DNA of 64,000 bases. Origin: a virus. Below, in pieces: positions 29,873 through 41,409 of the stretch (positions are counted from its first letter, which is position 1; every line of letters starts with the position of its first letter). The DNA lies in the IMG/VR virus record IMGVR_UViG_3300014836_000691, positions 10,000 through 73,999 of that record. One strand, written 5' to 3'. Below the pieces are notes generated by a model. That model made no database searches, was not told the DNA's origin, and saw only the letters and a list, made by a program, of their open reading frames with translations. Both the position numbers and the translations under genes were made by a program.

Positions 29873-30482
29873 GACTTCTTACGCTTCACCTTAATCGGAA
29901 CGACAGGCGTGTAGGCGTTTGTCTCACCGATTCCAAGCCACAGGTTCTTGAAGCACCTCTCTGCCTCATCAGAGAATCTACGCTTCTTTTCCAAGTAGTG
30001 AAAGAACACCTCTTGGATAACATCCCAATCGTGAGGGTCGATTTCCACGCTCTGGGCTTTCGTTATGAAAGTCCTAGGGACTTCGTTCTTAGGAGGCATT
30101 GTCGATTTGAAAACAAAAATCTAAGACCTTCTGGTTATCCCATTCAGCAATCTTTGGCAGTTGGTTGCGGAAGTGGTTGATTGCTTCCGCTACCCGCAAG
30201 GGGTGGGCGTTCTTCTGTCGAGCCAACTGGACGACCCAAGTCGCCATCCGCTTTATCTCATTCCTCTTCTCAGACAGACTTGCCATCTGGATTGATGTTC
30301 AGTTCATCGCACTTCGCTCGATACACGGCAGAGGCGATAACCAGTTGCTCTTTGATGCGATTAACTTCCAACCCATTCTTGTTGCCCACCGTGCCTCCTT
30401 GCGAAAGCATATGCTCCAACGATTGGATGTAGGTGTGGAGTTCGTCAATGTCCCGCAGGGACGATTCGTCTTGGTTGCTCAT
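29869..30482 (-). CDS. three small hypothetical proteins (29869-30099, 30089-30286, 30270-30482)
   Basis: Overlapping minus-strand ORFs. Confidence 0.6.
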
Positions 30483-30826
30483 TAGCCCTGTATGCCCTCT
30501 TTGTTGCTCTGGTCAACTACGGACTGCCTGTCGCCATCAGAAAGCACCTTAGAGAACATTATGAAGTCTTTGACAAGGGGGTTACACCCCTTGAACTTCA
30601 CTTTGCGACCCTCAGCGATTTCGCTCCAGATAGGAACAAAGAAAGCGTGGCAGAAAGAATCCGTCATAGATTCTATCCCATTCATATCTATCTCCAAGGC
30701 TAGTTCCTTGTCGGCATCCAACAGAGGCTTAACGGAGTTGCGGAAGAATGCACCAGAGCGAGAGCCATCGCCCCCGAAGGACATTCCCTCGTTGAACTCC
30801 AACATATTAATCGTGTGTGTTTTCAT
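30482..30826 (-). CDS. STAS-like (DUF4325-type) protein
   Basis: SRSGAFFR...IDMNGIESMTDSFCHAFF. Confidence 0.65.
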   Translation of the reverse strand: MKTHTINMLEFNEGMSFGGDGSRSGAFFRNSVKPLLDADKELALEIDMNGIESMTDSFCHAFFVPIWSEIAEGRKVKFKGCNPLVKDFIMFSKVLSDGDRQSVVDQSNKEGIQG

Positions 30827-31002
30827 ACCTGCTTAAGTTCCAACTCCTTGATTTTGTTTTGGACGGCAACGAGGTTTGCACGGAGCGTGATGCCCATAGC
30901 GATTGCTTCTGGGGCGAGAGCCGTATCCAAAAGGGCAATCGACTTGGTGAGTCGCTCGGCGTGAGCCGTGAGATTTTTGATTTCCGAAGATTCAGTATTC
31001 AT
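30823..31002 (-). CDS. 59-aa hypothetical protein
   Basis: Hand-translated MNTESSEIKNLTAHAERL...; stop overlaps the next ATG. Confidence 0.5.
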   Translation of the reverse strand: MNTESSEIKNLTAHAERLTKSIALLDTALAPEAIAMGITLRANLVAVQNKIKELELKQV

Positions 31003-31142
31003 ACTTTTTGTTTATGTAAAAATAAAACTGTATTGCAAGCAAAATCTTTGTGCTTGGACTAAAATGCACTACCGCAAGGCGTTGTGGAATGAGGCTTTTA
31101 GCGAGGTTGTCAGAAGGTTGACACCCTTACAGACCGCCGACT

Positions 31143-31616
31143 ATGAAACCCTTTAACTGCACTATTACAGCCGCCGCATACTCACTTGGTGTTAGCCCCG
31201 AAGAACTCGCCCTTTGGGTTGAGCAAAAGAATCCGACCATCAAGGCGAAGCCCCAGACGGTAAATGATGTTGGCGAAGAGATGGCGAAGGTCTTAGAATC
31301 GACCAATCCACTTCTTGCACATCGCTGGAGACTGGTTAGCGTCAGCGGTCTTCCTAGACCCCAAGCCTCCTAATCTCCGAATATGATTATCCCCCAAACC
31401 TGCCCATACTGTAAATCTGACTTGAAGGGGGATTTAATCAAGGACGAGGAAAGAGCCTTGGTCTATGACGACAAATCCTTCTGGAGTAGGGTCAAGGTGG
31501 TCGTTGACGACAACAAGCCAGCCGCTTGGATGTGTCCAGATTGTGGTAAGGAATGGGCTATTGGATGGCTGAGCAAACCACTCTCTTCCGAACAGGATAA
31601 GCACCTTACGGATTAG
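31143..31616 (+). CDS. small HTH-like protein (31143-31373) and CxxC zinc-ribbon protein (31383-31616)
   Basis: AAAYSLGVSPEEL; CPYC...WMCPDCGKEW. Confidence 0.6.
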
Positions 31617-31650
31617 TTGACAGCCCTCAAAGGGCATCTGAACCGCATCA

Positions 31651-32373
31651 ATGGCTACGAGAAGCACCAAAGCCTCTGCTGGTAGTGTCCAAGACACTAT
31701 TACCGCAGAAAAGAATGTAAGAACCGACTTTGATACATACGAAGGTCGCTTCAATGTTTCGGCGGCTAATGCGTATGACTTCACAAAGACAGACCCCAAG
31801 GAAGGCATCGAAGCCGTTGCTAAGAGAGACGGTCAAGCCCCTACTAGGGAAGAAGTTACGATTGCTGAGCGTGTCTTTGATGGGGTTTCCTCTCTAGTTG
31901 ATAAGGGACTTCTCAAGTCCCACGCTGACGAGACTACCAATACGGATATTGGCAACGGCACTCGCCCCCAAATCTACAGCAGAGAGATTAATGGGGGTAG
32001 AGATGTTGAGTTTTACGCCGTTCAGATGGAAAAGAACCCTATCGCTGGTAGAGCCGTTATGGATAAGGCTTACTTCCTGTTCAAGATTCCGAACACGAAG
32101 TTCAGCCAAGACGATATGGTTTCTACGCCACAATGGGTGGAGGGGGTGGCAAACGAAGTTCTCTTCTCTGCCTCCAAGACCGCCTCGACCACACAGGCTA
32201 ATATCCCGAATCGAACCCCAGATTACATCGACAAGGTTGAGAGAGCCAGACAGACGGCTATCAGCCTTGATACAAACAGAGCAAGGAATGAGGGTGCAAG
32301 TGACGACTTCTTTGCCGACAGAAATCGTGAATTGAATCTTTCCAAGGTTCGCCAAAGACAACTCGCTGGTTAA
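31651..32373 (+). CDS. MATRS-leader protein 1, unknown cargo
   Basis: MATRSTKAS...VRTD (variant site). Confidence 0.8.
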   Translation: MATRSTKASAGSVQDTITAEKNVRTDFDTYEGRFNVSAANAYDFTKTDPKEGIEAVAKRDGQAPTREEVTIAERVFDGVSSLVDKGLLKSHADETTNTDIGNGTRPQIYSREINGGRDVEFYAVQMEKNPIAGRAVMDKAYFLFKIPNTKFSQDDMVSTPQWVEGVANEVLFSASKTASTTQANIPNRTPDYIDKVERARQTAISLDTNRARNEGASDDFFADRNRELNLSKVRQRQLAG

Positions 32374-32381
32374 CTACATTT

Positions 32382-33056
32382 ATGGCTACTCGTTCTACAG
32401 GTCAAACAACAGGGCAGGGACTGCAAAGCGATGTTCAGTATCGAAGAGGCAACCCCGCTTTTGACAATCTTCCCCAAAGTCCGTTGGATAAGATTTCTGA
32501 CCGCATTCCCCAAAAAGCCAATCTTATGAGCAAGGAAGAATACGATTCTATGCCCAAAGACTACAAGGCTACCATAGATGGGAAGAAGTTTGTTCTGGTT
32601 ATGGATTCTAGGGGCGGTGCGGCTCTCGCTCCTTGGATTGAGCGTGATGCTCGCATTCCCAAGGGCAAGTCCGCTTGGGACATTGGTCGTGATGAAGGTA
32701 GACAGTATGGACTGGACGATGAAGCCCTCCAGAATGCCCAGCGACTTGAGGCTGGTGGTCTTGGCAACGGACTTCTTACCGTCAATTCCTCGATGGGCGA
32801 CCCAGAGTTTGGTGGTTTCAAGGTTCGCTATCCAGACGCTTACCAACAGGCATACGACAGTTTCTTAATTGATAGCCGAAACCCAAAGAGCGTCAAACTC
32901 GCCGCCGTCGAAGCCCTCGATAAACTTAGCCGTAAGAATATTGATGGGATGAGTAGCACCCAAATCCAGACTGCCGTTACAGAGTATGTCCAAGATAAAC
33001 TTGGAGCGAAGTTTAAGGGCAGGGTTAAGTGGAATATGAAGTCTTACCCAGACTAA
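32382..33056 (+). CDS. MATRS-leader protein 2
   Basis: MATRSTGQTTGQGLQSD. Confidence 0.85.
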   Translation: MATRSTGQTTGQGLQSDVQYRRGNPAFDNLPQSPLDKISDRIPQKANLMSKEEYDSMPKDYKATIDGKKFVLVMDSRGGAALAPWIERDARIPKGKSAWDIGRDEGRQYGLDDEALQNAQRLEAGGLGNGLLTVNSSMGDPEFGGFKVRYPDAYQQAYDSFLIDSRNPKSVKLAAVEALDKLSRKNIDGMSSTQIQTAVTEYVQDKLGAKFKGRVKWNMKSYPD

Positions 33057-33112
33057 CCCCTGTGAATGTGGACTTGCCACACTCCGAAAACCTAGGAGGC
33101 GGGCTTATTATT

Positions 33113-34437
33113 ATGGATATAGCCCCTGCGAGGGGCTGTCTTGAGTGTGGTAAGTGTGAATGGGGCTTTTCGTTGATGGATACAAATGAAAGGTTCGATT
33201 TACTTACTAACAAGCCCTTAAAGTTCTGGAATGCTAGGTCTGACTGCCTATCGTGCGGAACGGAATACAGATGGAAAGTAGACCCCGATAAACCTTACCC
33301 CGAATCCTACAAATGACACCTTCACAATCCAAACGAATCCAAAACATCTTCAACCTTGTTCAAAACATCCGTAGGGCGTTAGACAAGGAAGCCTCCACAG
33401 GAGGCATCGGTGGAGTTGCAAAAGACTTCGGAACTCATATCGACTTAGACGATGCTATCTTTGGTATCCTCTACACCGAAAAAGCCCTCTCCAGAATCTA
33501 CGAGAGAGAGTCCTTCATCCGTGAACTCCCAGAGCGAAGCAAAGCCCGCTTAAAAGTCATTAAGCATATCTAGCCTATTATGCCTCGCCGTAAACCAAAG
33601 CCTCGGATTATAGAACGAAAACTCGGAAAGGAACAAGCGTGGGGACAGGCATTCCCCCATTCCTCCCGCCCGAAGATTGAGATAGACCCCCGCCTATCGG
33701 CACAAAGACACCTTGAGGTGATGTGCCACGAAGCCCTCCATATCGCCCTGCCAGACCTCGTAGGCAAGAAGGGTGAGGCAGAGGTAGACCGCATCGGTAA
33801 GGTAGTCAGCGATGCCCTCTGGCGTGGCTCATACAGGAAAGTCGTCCTGCACAACCCGCACACGACTCCTGTTCGCATTTCCCGCAAATCCAAAAAGAAA
33901 AACAGATGACAGCAAAAGAACTGATTGATAATGCCGTAAAGGGTGCTATCGTCCTTGAACCACAATCTACATTCAACACCGCCCTTGTGGGTGTGTCGAG
34001 CGATGGCAGACTGGTTTACTCCGAAGACAAAATCCTAATCGCCCTCCAAGAGAAAGACGGAATGGACTATGAAGAAGCCCTTGAGTGGTATCAATACAAC
34101 ACGGTCAGAACGCTCGACTACCAGAAGGGGCGTTACGCCCCGATTATCCTTACGCACACCCTGTAAGGTAGAGTTCTTCGATTGTGTTACGAGGTTCTTG
34201 GTTTCCTCCGAATCAAGACCAGATGAGGTGCATCTAGTTGACTTAGATGCGGACGACAGGGGACGCTACGAGTGTTCCTGCGAAGACTTCACCTTCCGTA
34301 ACCCAGACTGGACGCTAGCCCAAGTCTTCTACGAGTGTAAGCACATCCACGCCGCCAAGCAGTTCGTGCTAGCGGAGGCTAGCAAGTGTCCTAAGTTCAG
34401 ATTAAAGTCCGCACCAGACTTTCAAGACGAGTTGTAA
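33113..34437 (+). CDS. small genes: Zn-finger (33113-33316), hypothetical (33313-33573), HExxH metallopeptidase-like (33580-33909), hypothetical (33906-34166), SWIM Zn-finger (ending 34437)
   Basis: CLECGKC..CLSCG; CHEALH; CSCEDF...CKHIHA. Confidence 0.6.
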
Positions 34438-34529
34438 GTCGTTGCCCATCAGTCGTTTGTAAAAGTTTTGCCTTTGGTGTTGACTTATGTCCACCAATCA
34501 GTAAAACATTAGGAACAGACACGACCTAT

Positions 34530-37500
34530 ATGCACGACCTCAACGCACTCAAACAGTCCGCTAAGGACACCCTCGCCAGCCGAGGCATCGACCCTAACAG
34601 TAAGTCCGCTTACGAAGTCTGGTTTCGCCACTTTGAAAGCGACACTAAGGATATCCTCGCCTACGCCGAACAGCACAATGGGGACATTCTGCCGTGGCTC
34701 TACGACACGGCTGATATCTACGCTGACCCCTCCACCAACTACGCCGAACCCTCTGGTCGCCGTATCGCCCGCAAACTCGTCAAACAGTTCTCCTAATCTT
34801 ATGGACGCACAACCCGAACCCACCCCTACTCCCGCCCCTGTCCGCACGACTAGGGCTGAGAAGCACAGGCTGTATATGCAGACCTACAACCGAAAGTATA
34901 TCCGCAAGTCTGAGCAGAAGCGAACCCTTGAAGGGCAGACCTACGACAGCATCTACAAACTTGCGAAGGCTACGGCTGACCGCAGGGCGGCTAACGGAGG
35001 TTCGCTCAAGCGGGAGAATGGGGTAATCACTAGCCCCGACACTCTCCGCTACAAGGAGTATCTCGCCCGCCACAACCGCAAGGCGTTCATCACCCACATT
35101 GACGCTGAGATTCGCAAGGCGTTCACCGATGCTTGCAAGGAAAGCGGTGAACCCATCAACAAGGTCGTGGAGCATCTGATGGAAAAGTATATCGGTAGCA
35201 AAGTGAAAAAAGAAGGTTGACATACTCAACCGACTGACTAAATTGTAGAGCATAAGGTAAATCCTTAGCCAACCACAACACCACCCAACACTATGCGTAT
35301 CGACTATTACAGCCGTCCGAATCACGCCACCTCGCTTGCCGAGTTGCTTGACCTCGCCCGCCTCAATCGGGAGAACATCAACTACGCTCGCAAGTATTGC
35401 CGTAAGAACGAGGGCAACCTCTCTAGGGCTTACGAGATGCAGAATATGCGGGAAGTGATTTGCGACAACCGAGTTCACTACTCCAGCATCCTGCGGAACA
35501 TTGACCGCCTCCTTGCGGAAGGCTGTCCCGACAAGCGGTCTGCCCGCCTTGCTAGGGCTATCTGCGAGAAGGGCTACAACTCCAACCCTCACGCCCGCTA
35601 ATATGAACGCTGAGTTCGACAACATCGAGGTCGATGGACGCTACTTCTCTGCCGAAGTTGACTTCGATGTTGAATGGGATAACGATGGTATTGGCTCTTA
35701 CGAATACTGGGGTGCTAAGGGCTTTGACAAGGGACACGACTACGCTGTGCTAGGCGACTATGGTGCGACCATCACGGAGCATCTGGTTGACGGCACGGAA
35801 GTCGAAATCCCAGAGTCCGACCCTATCTACAAGTCCGTCCTGTCCGCTGTGGAATCCAAACTGGATAAGCACATCGAGAACCTTGAACTGGATAAGGATG
35901 ATGGGGACTATGACGACCCTAGGGACTACGACCCGCCCGAACCCGACTACGACTAATCTCCGCAAACTTGCGGACTTTAACCTCCGCTAATCTCCGCACA
36001 ATCTCCACACGATGAAATCAATCCTAATGCAAGAAGGCGACCACAAGTTCACCTTGGAGGTCTTTGACGACAACGGTGTTTGGCTGATGGGCATCAAGCA
36101 TACGCCCGAAGCCGACTTCACCTCTGACCTTGAACGCCAAGCGTCTCAATGGAAGAAGACCGACCCAGACATTTACGAAGCCATCCGAAAGGAAATCGCA
36201 AAGGCTTACTTCACTCTCCACAAACACTATGAGTAATAATATGAAGAAAATCACAATCAAGGACTGCACCACAAAGGGCGGTCGAGTCTATCACGATGGC
36301 TGTGTCGCCGTCTTGGTTTCAAGAGGCTACGGTGCTGGCTGGTATACTTGGAATCAAAACACCCCATCTATGCTCTTCTGCCCGAAGATGGTCGAAGCCG
36401 TCCTCGATGAAAAGTCCACAGACGAATTGGTAGACCTCGCCAACGCTCTCTACCCAGATGCCTACGCTGGAGGCGTTGACAGCCTTGATGTTCAATGGGT
36501 CAAAGAGGGAGGCAAGTTCCGAGTCCACGAATACGATGGAGCAGAGAGCATCTACCTTCTGGAAGAAGAAAAGTGGTTTGTCGCTTGACAACCTCTTGCC
36601 TATCTGACAACCTGCTATCCAACAACAAAACGACTATGCCCGAATACACCAAAGAAGAACACGAAGAAGTCAGCCAGATGCTCGCCAGCCAACTCATCGA
36701 AGAGAAGGCTGAATGGGACGAACAGGCGAAGTATATCGCCAACCTTCTGGAAGACCTCCTCGAAACCAAAGTGCCTCTCAAGGTTCTCGCTGAACCCGAC
36801 ATTGATGCGTTCGGTAAGATTATGCATAAGTTAGACCACCTCTACCACGCCCGCCGTGCCGTCCTGTTCACCGAAAACGAAATCAAGATGCACAAGAAGG
36901 TCGTCCCTACGGACGCTTAACACCCTCTCACTAACACAACACAACTACGACTATGACGACTCAACCCGAACTGGACTTGGTTAACGGACTCAAGACCCTC
37001 ACGCCTGTTAAGCAGGAAGATGGGGAGTTGGCTCTGGAGGTCTGTCAGACCTTCAACAACCCTGCGTCCAAGTGCCGTATCACGAAGATTGAACTCCGTA
37101 GCCAACCTTGGAGCAAGAAGGGTCGCACGACCCTTAGCATCTGGATTGACCATAAGGACAAGGAGAAGAACAGCGTTATCGCCCAGTATGCGGCTCGCCA
37201 TCTCGACTCGATGGACGGACGGATGCAGGAGTATCGCTCGCAGTTCCCCGCCATCGTGAAGACGCTGTGGGCGAATGGGCAACTGGATGCAAGCAAGTGG
37301 CAGGGCAAGTCCCGCCCGACCATCACGCTAGCCGATATGGACACCGCCAAGGGCTTCCGCTGGGGGCAGAAGGCTGGTTGCCGATGCGGATGCTCGCCCG
37401 CCTTCTATGTGCCTCAATGGGTCGAAGAGCAGTTGCCCCTCTGGGTCAACCATATCAGCGTCACCTTGGAGGAGGTCGAGGAGGTCGCCCTTGCGGTCAA

Positions 37501-37567
37501 CCCAGACCGCCTCAAGTCGGTCACGCAGAACTTCCCCTCGCTGGTCGGTCAGCAAATCACGGCTTGA
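34530..37567 (+). CDS. early-type hypothetical genes (34530-34796, 34801-35220, 35293-35601, 35603-35956, 36012-36236, 36229-36588, 36636-36920, 36953-37567)
   Basis: Sigma70-like promoters at 34480 and 35217; AC-rich leaders; 36229 carries the common phage motif VAVLVSRGYGAGWYTWN. Confidence 0.65.
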
Positions 37568-37600
37568 CGAAACCCCATTCATCTGCTATAACATCTTCCT

Positions 37601-37804
37601 ATGTCCAACACCAAACTGAACTACATCAAGTCTAGCACCATCCGCAAGTTCGTCAAACTGCACGGCAAGCGAACCTCCAAGGATTTCCTTGAAGCCCTTG
37701 ACCGCTACATCGAGGCGAAACTTCTGGTTGCCACACAGGAACACAACGCTGGCAAGAAGACCCTCGATTCGGGTGTCGCTGGTTACATCTTCGGCAACCG
37801 CTAA
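37601..37804 (+). CDS. histone-fold protein (bacterial histone-like)
   Basis: YIKSSTIRKFVK..GKRTSKDFLEALDRYIEAKLLVA...AGKKTLD. Confidence 0.65.
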   Translation: MSNTKLNYIKSSTIRKFVKLHGKRTSKDFLEALDRYIEAKLLVATQEHNAGKKTLDSGVAGYIFGNR

Positions 37805-37818
37805 TGGGTTGCTAGGGG

Positions 37819-39183
37819 ATGGTAAGACGCAACAGGCTAGGCTGGGGGCTGACAAAGGAAGTTGTCTTGGTTGCCAAGATGAACGACCTGTCAGTTGCCC
37901 AAGCCTCCTATCTTTATCAATGCTCCAAGTCTTCGGTAAGCCGTAGGGCAAGGCAAATGGGCATCGTGCTTAAGGGGTCGGACTCCAAGTTGACTCAACG
38001 CCAAGGGCGTGGAGCAACATAACCTTAAGATAGACCTAGAGTGGTCGGCTGTAAGAGCCGAAGACTACCCTGTGTCTAGGACGGTCAAGGTCTACCGAGA
38101 CATTATCTATCGGGACTTTGACGATGCGATGCTCAGCAGGGATAAATGGGTAAGCCCAGACTACTTCACCGCATCCAGTTACGATGCCGAGGTGGAAACC
38201 AAAGCGGAGTTGCTGTCCATCGCCAGCGACAGGCAGTTCAAGATGTTCAACTGGCTGAACGCCAATCGCCAGTATCCGCAAGTCATTCCCTACTTTGGCA
38301 ACCCAGAGCAAGCCACCAAGCGTATCTTTGACCTTATGGATTCCTTTGGTCGAGCCTTACGGTCAGCGTCCGAGCCAGTCGAGAAGAGAGAGCGACTGGT
38401 TAACGACTTCTTAGAGCGACTGAGAAACGATTTAACCCAATGGGGAACTTGGTGGTCTTTGAAGACCGACCTTATGGCATCCGTTGAGGATGCACACGCC
38501 GTAGCACACAAAGATTGGCACGGAGTCCCAAAGAAAACCAACGAGCCGTTGACATAACCCCACCTAAAACTATGAGCAAAGTCTGCGAACGCTGTGGCGA
38601 CCCCGAATGCACCTGCCCCGAAGGTGAGTGCAAATGCACCCCCAAGGCGGCTAAGACCCAGCCTTCGGACAAGTATTTGCCCAAGCAGAACAAAGATGAC
38701 ATTAAGGATGGTTTCCTTATCGGAACTGCCGTGAATCCCTATAAGCCGAAAACCTGCCCTATGCAGGGCGAAACCTACGCCGAACTGGAGAAGAAGGCTG
38801 GCACATCCATTTCTAGCCTCGCTGAAGAGGAAGTGGTCAAGCAGGGTGTTCAGAACATCCAAGAGTATTTTGCCTACGCACAGGAGAATGCGAATGAGTT
38901 AAATAAGTTCTCGTTCGGTCAATGCTTCACCTCCAGAGCGAGAGACGGCTACTACGACAATCGTTATCAGTATTCGATGGAGCATATCCAGCCTTTCGCT
39001 ACCCACTCCCAATTTGGGAATGAGGAAAGAAAGTTCCAGTCGAGCGTGTTCAAGCAACACGACTTTATCGTTTCGAGACACAGGGACGAGGTTTCTGCCC
39101 GATTAGCCTGTGCTGACTATAACATTTTTCTTGCAGTTAAGCCCGCTGGGGCTGACCATCCTGTTCTCAAACTTCGCAAATAA
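37819..39183 (+). CDS. HTH-like protein (37819-38022) and hypothetical proteins (38009-38557; 38572-39183 with Cys-rich N-terminus)
   Basis: ORF track; TTGAC motifs at 37990 and 38549. Confidence 0.6.
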
Positions 39184-39190
39184 TACAACT

Positions 39191-39880
39191 ATGGCTACTC
39201 GCTCTTCTTCTCAAGGACTCGCCTCTGATGCCGTCGGAGGTGGTTACACCCCCAAGTTTAAAGGATGGGAGGCAGGTCTTAACGCTGCTCACAATCGTAG
39301 CATTGAAAAGGCTGACGAAAGATATGAAAAGGCACAAGACAACCGCTACGATGCGGCTGGCTCTGAGGATGAACATATGAAATCGAAGAGCATCGCCAAT
39401 TACGCATACAATCTTGCGGTAGATGCCTCTAGACTGAACGAAAAGGCAGAAAACGACTACATCCGTGGTGATGGGTCTACAGATGCGATTAAGGGAAGAG
39501 TCTTCAAGGATGCCTTAGACCAACTTTTGGGTTCTGACTTAAAGGATAAAGACGGCCCTAGAACCTTCGATTCCGAACGGCAAACGCTTATGTCTGCTTA
39601 CAGACGAAGTGCTGGTAGTGCAACTGACGAACAGGTTGAAACGGCATTCAATGATGAGGTGCTTACTGTCGTCCAAAGATTTGCTACTCAAATTGATGCT
39701 GTCTTAACGGCGAGGAAGCCTAGTGCAGATGCGTATCAAGATTTCAGAGGGGCTGTTAGTGCTTCTTGGGATGAATCTTTTGACAATGACTACAACGAAG
39801 GCGTAGTCCAAGCCGCATTAAGCATTATCGAAAAGACTTTCAAACTTACTAACGCAAAACTCACAGGAGAAGCACTCTAA
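39191..39880 (+). CDS. MATRS-leader protein 3
   Basis: MATRSSSQGLASD. Confidence 0.85.
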   Translation: MATRSSSQGLASDAVGGGYTPKFKGWEAGLNAAHNRSIEKADERYEKAQDNRYDAAGSEDEHMKSKSIANYAYNLAVDASRLNEKAENDYIRGDGSTDAIKGRVFKDALDQLLGSDLKDKDGPRTFDSERQTLMSAYRRSAGSATDEQVETAFNDEVLTVVQRFATQIDAVLTARKPSADAYQDFRGAVSASWDESFDNDYNEGVVQAALSIIEKTFKLTNAKLTGEAL

Positions 39881-39883
39881 CCT

Positions 39884-40684
39884 ATGGCTACTCGTTCCAA
39901 CAAGCAGGGCTTAGCCTCTGATATTTCAAACTACGAAAAAAGCGATGCCTCGTCTGCCCTTATGGGCAACTCGCTCTCTGCTGGAACTCAAGCCGCTGAG
40001 TTGCTGAGTGCCGACTCCAGTTCCAGAAGATATCGTGAGTCTCTGAGAGAGGCTGAGGTTGAAGCCGAAAACGGTAGCGAGTTTGAATACCTTGCCACCA
40101 CCGCCCTTAGAGATTACATCAAGGAGCAGGGGCTTGAGAACCAACTGTCGTCTGAAACAAAGGCGAAGATTAAAAAGTTTGATGAGATGGTTGAGAAGGG
40201 ACAAATGTCTTCTTCTACTGGTGGCTTAGAGCCTAGAGGCTTTGACAGGGTTGGAAACAACTTCTCCGTTTTTTCCAGAGATGTGGCTGACTCAATCAAA
40301 CTGGATACCCGCCACTTTATGAACAAGTCGCTCAGCAAATTGACGGGCTACAAGGAAGATGAGGCTAAGGGCTACGACCCTGTTGAAAGCCTTGGTAGGT
40401 TCTACCTTGGCAAGCGTGTTGCCCTTGTCGCCACAAGAGACGATGGCGTGAAGGCTGTTATTATGGATGAGAGCAGAGGCGAATCCAAGTTCAAGAAGGG
40501 CGATATCGTTGGCAACGCTGATTCCGGCCCTAACAACAGAGGCTGGACTGGCTCGGTTGTGAAAGTCATAAACTTTACCCCGCAAGACGCTCGGTTAGTT
40601 ATGGACAAATACAAGGCTGAGTGGTTTACTGACCCCTATCCCACCGTCAGAGACGGCAAGACAACCTTAGATACTACAGACTAA
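39884..40684 (+). CDS. MATRS-leader protein 4
   Basis: MATRSNKQGLASD. Confidence 0.85.
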   Translation: MATRSNKQGLASDISNYEKSDASSALMGNSLSAGTQAAELLSADSSSRRYRESLREAEVEAENGSEFEYLATTALRDYIKEQGLENQLSSETKAKIKKFDEMVEKGQMSSSTGGLEPRGFDRVGNNFSVFSRDVADSIKLDTRHFMNKSLSKLTGYKEDEAKGYDPVESLGRFYLGKRVALVATRDDGVKAVIMDESRGESKFKKGDIVGNADSGPNNRGWTGSVVKVINFTPQDARLVMDKYKAEWFTDPYPTVRDGKTTLDTTD

Positions 40685-40687
40685 TTT

Positions 40688-41401
40688 ATGGCAACTCGCT
40701 CTTCCAACCAAGGCACAGCCGCTTCCCTCGGAAGCGATTACAACTATGCCCAGTCGCAAAGACTTGAAAATAGAACTAATGAGGTGTTCAATGCCGAAGA
40801 CTTCCCGAAGTCGGCTAACGCCCCTACGATGAAGGCTTACAAGAACATCGCCACGAACATCGCCAAGTTCAGATTTGAGGGCGTTCCTAACGATGCTGAG
40901 GCTATGGAGCGATTCTTGGGCGAATGGCCTGCCGTCTTGAAGAGCCTTCAGATGGTCAGCCCCGATTTAAAACCAGATGAGGCTTTGTTTGCCTTCGGAA
41001 ATATTAACAAGGAACTTGGCAACACGGTTCGTAATGTCGAGGGTGCTAAGAACGGACAAGTGGTTTATGTTGGCGACAACATCAAATACAACGCAGGCCC
41101 AAAGGGTTCTGGTCTTAGACAGGGCATCTCGACCAAAAAGGATGCTGTGGTTGTCGCACAGGCGACTTCTGCCAACGGAGATAAATGGGTCAAAGTTGTT
41201 TCCAACACTCGGTTTTATATCGAAGACGGCAGAGAGCAGTCTTCCTCCGTCCTGTGGATTAGCGACAAGGGACAGGCTTTAACAAGCACCCTTGAAGCCG
41301 AAAAACTTAATCTTGAGGGTGATGGCAAGAAGACTCCTACGGCTGAGTTTGTTCAGTCCTTCTTTGAGTTCCATAAGCCGAAGGTTTGGCAAATCGGTTG
41401 A
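40688..41401 (+). CDS. MATRS-leader protein 5
   Basis: MATRSSNQGTAASLGSD. Confidence 0.85.
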   Translation: MATRSSNQGTAASLGSDYNYAQSQRLENRTNEVFNAEDFPKSANAPTMKAYKNIATNIAKFRFEGVPNDAEAMERFLGEWPAVLKSLQMVSPDLKPDEALFAFGNINKELGNTVRNVEGAKNGQVVYVGDNIKYNAGPKGSGLRQGISTKKDAVVVAQATSANGDKWVKVVSNTRFYIEDGREQSSSVLWISDKGQALTSTLEAEKLNLEGDGKKTPTAEFVQSFFEFHKPKVWQIG

Positions 41402-41409
41402 AAAACTGA

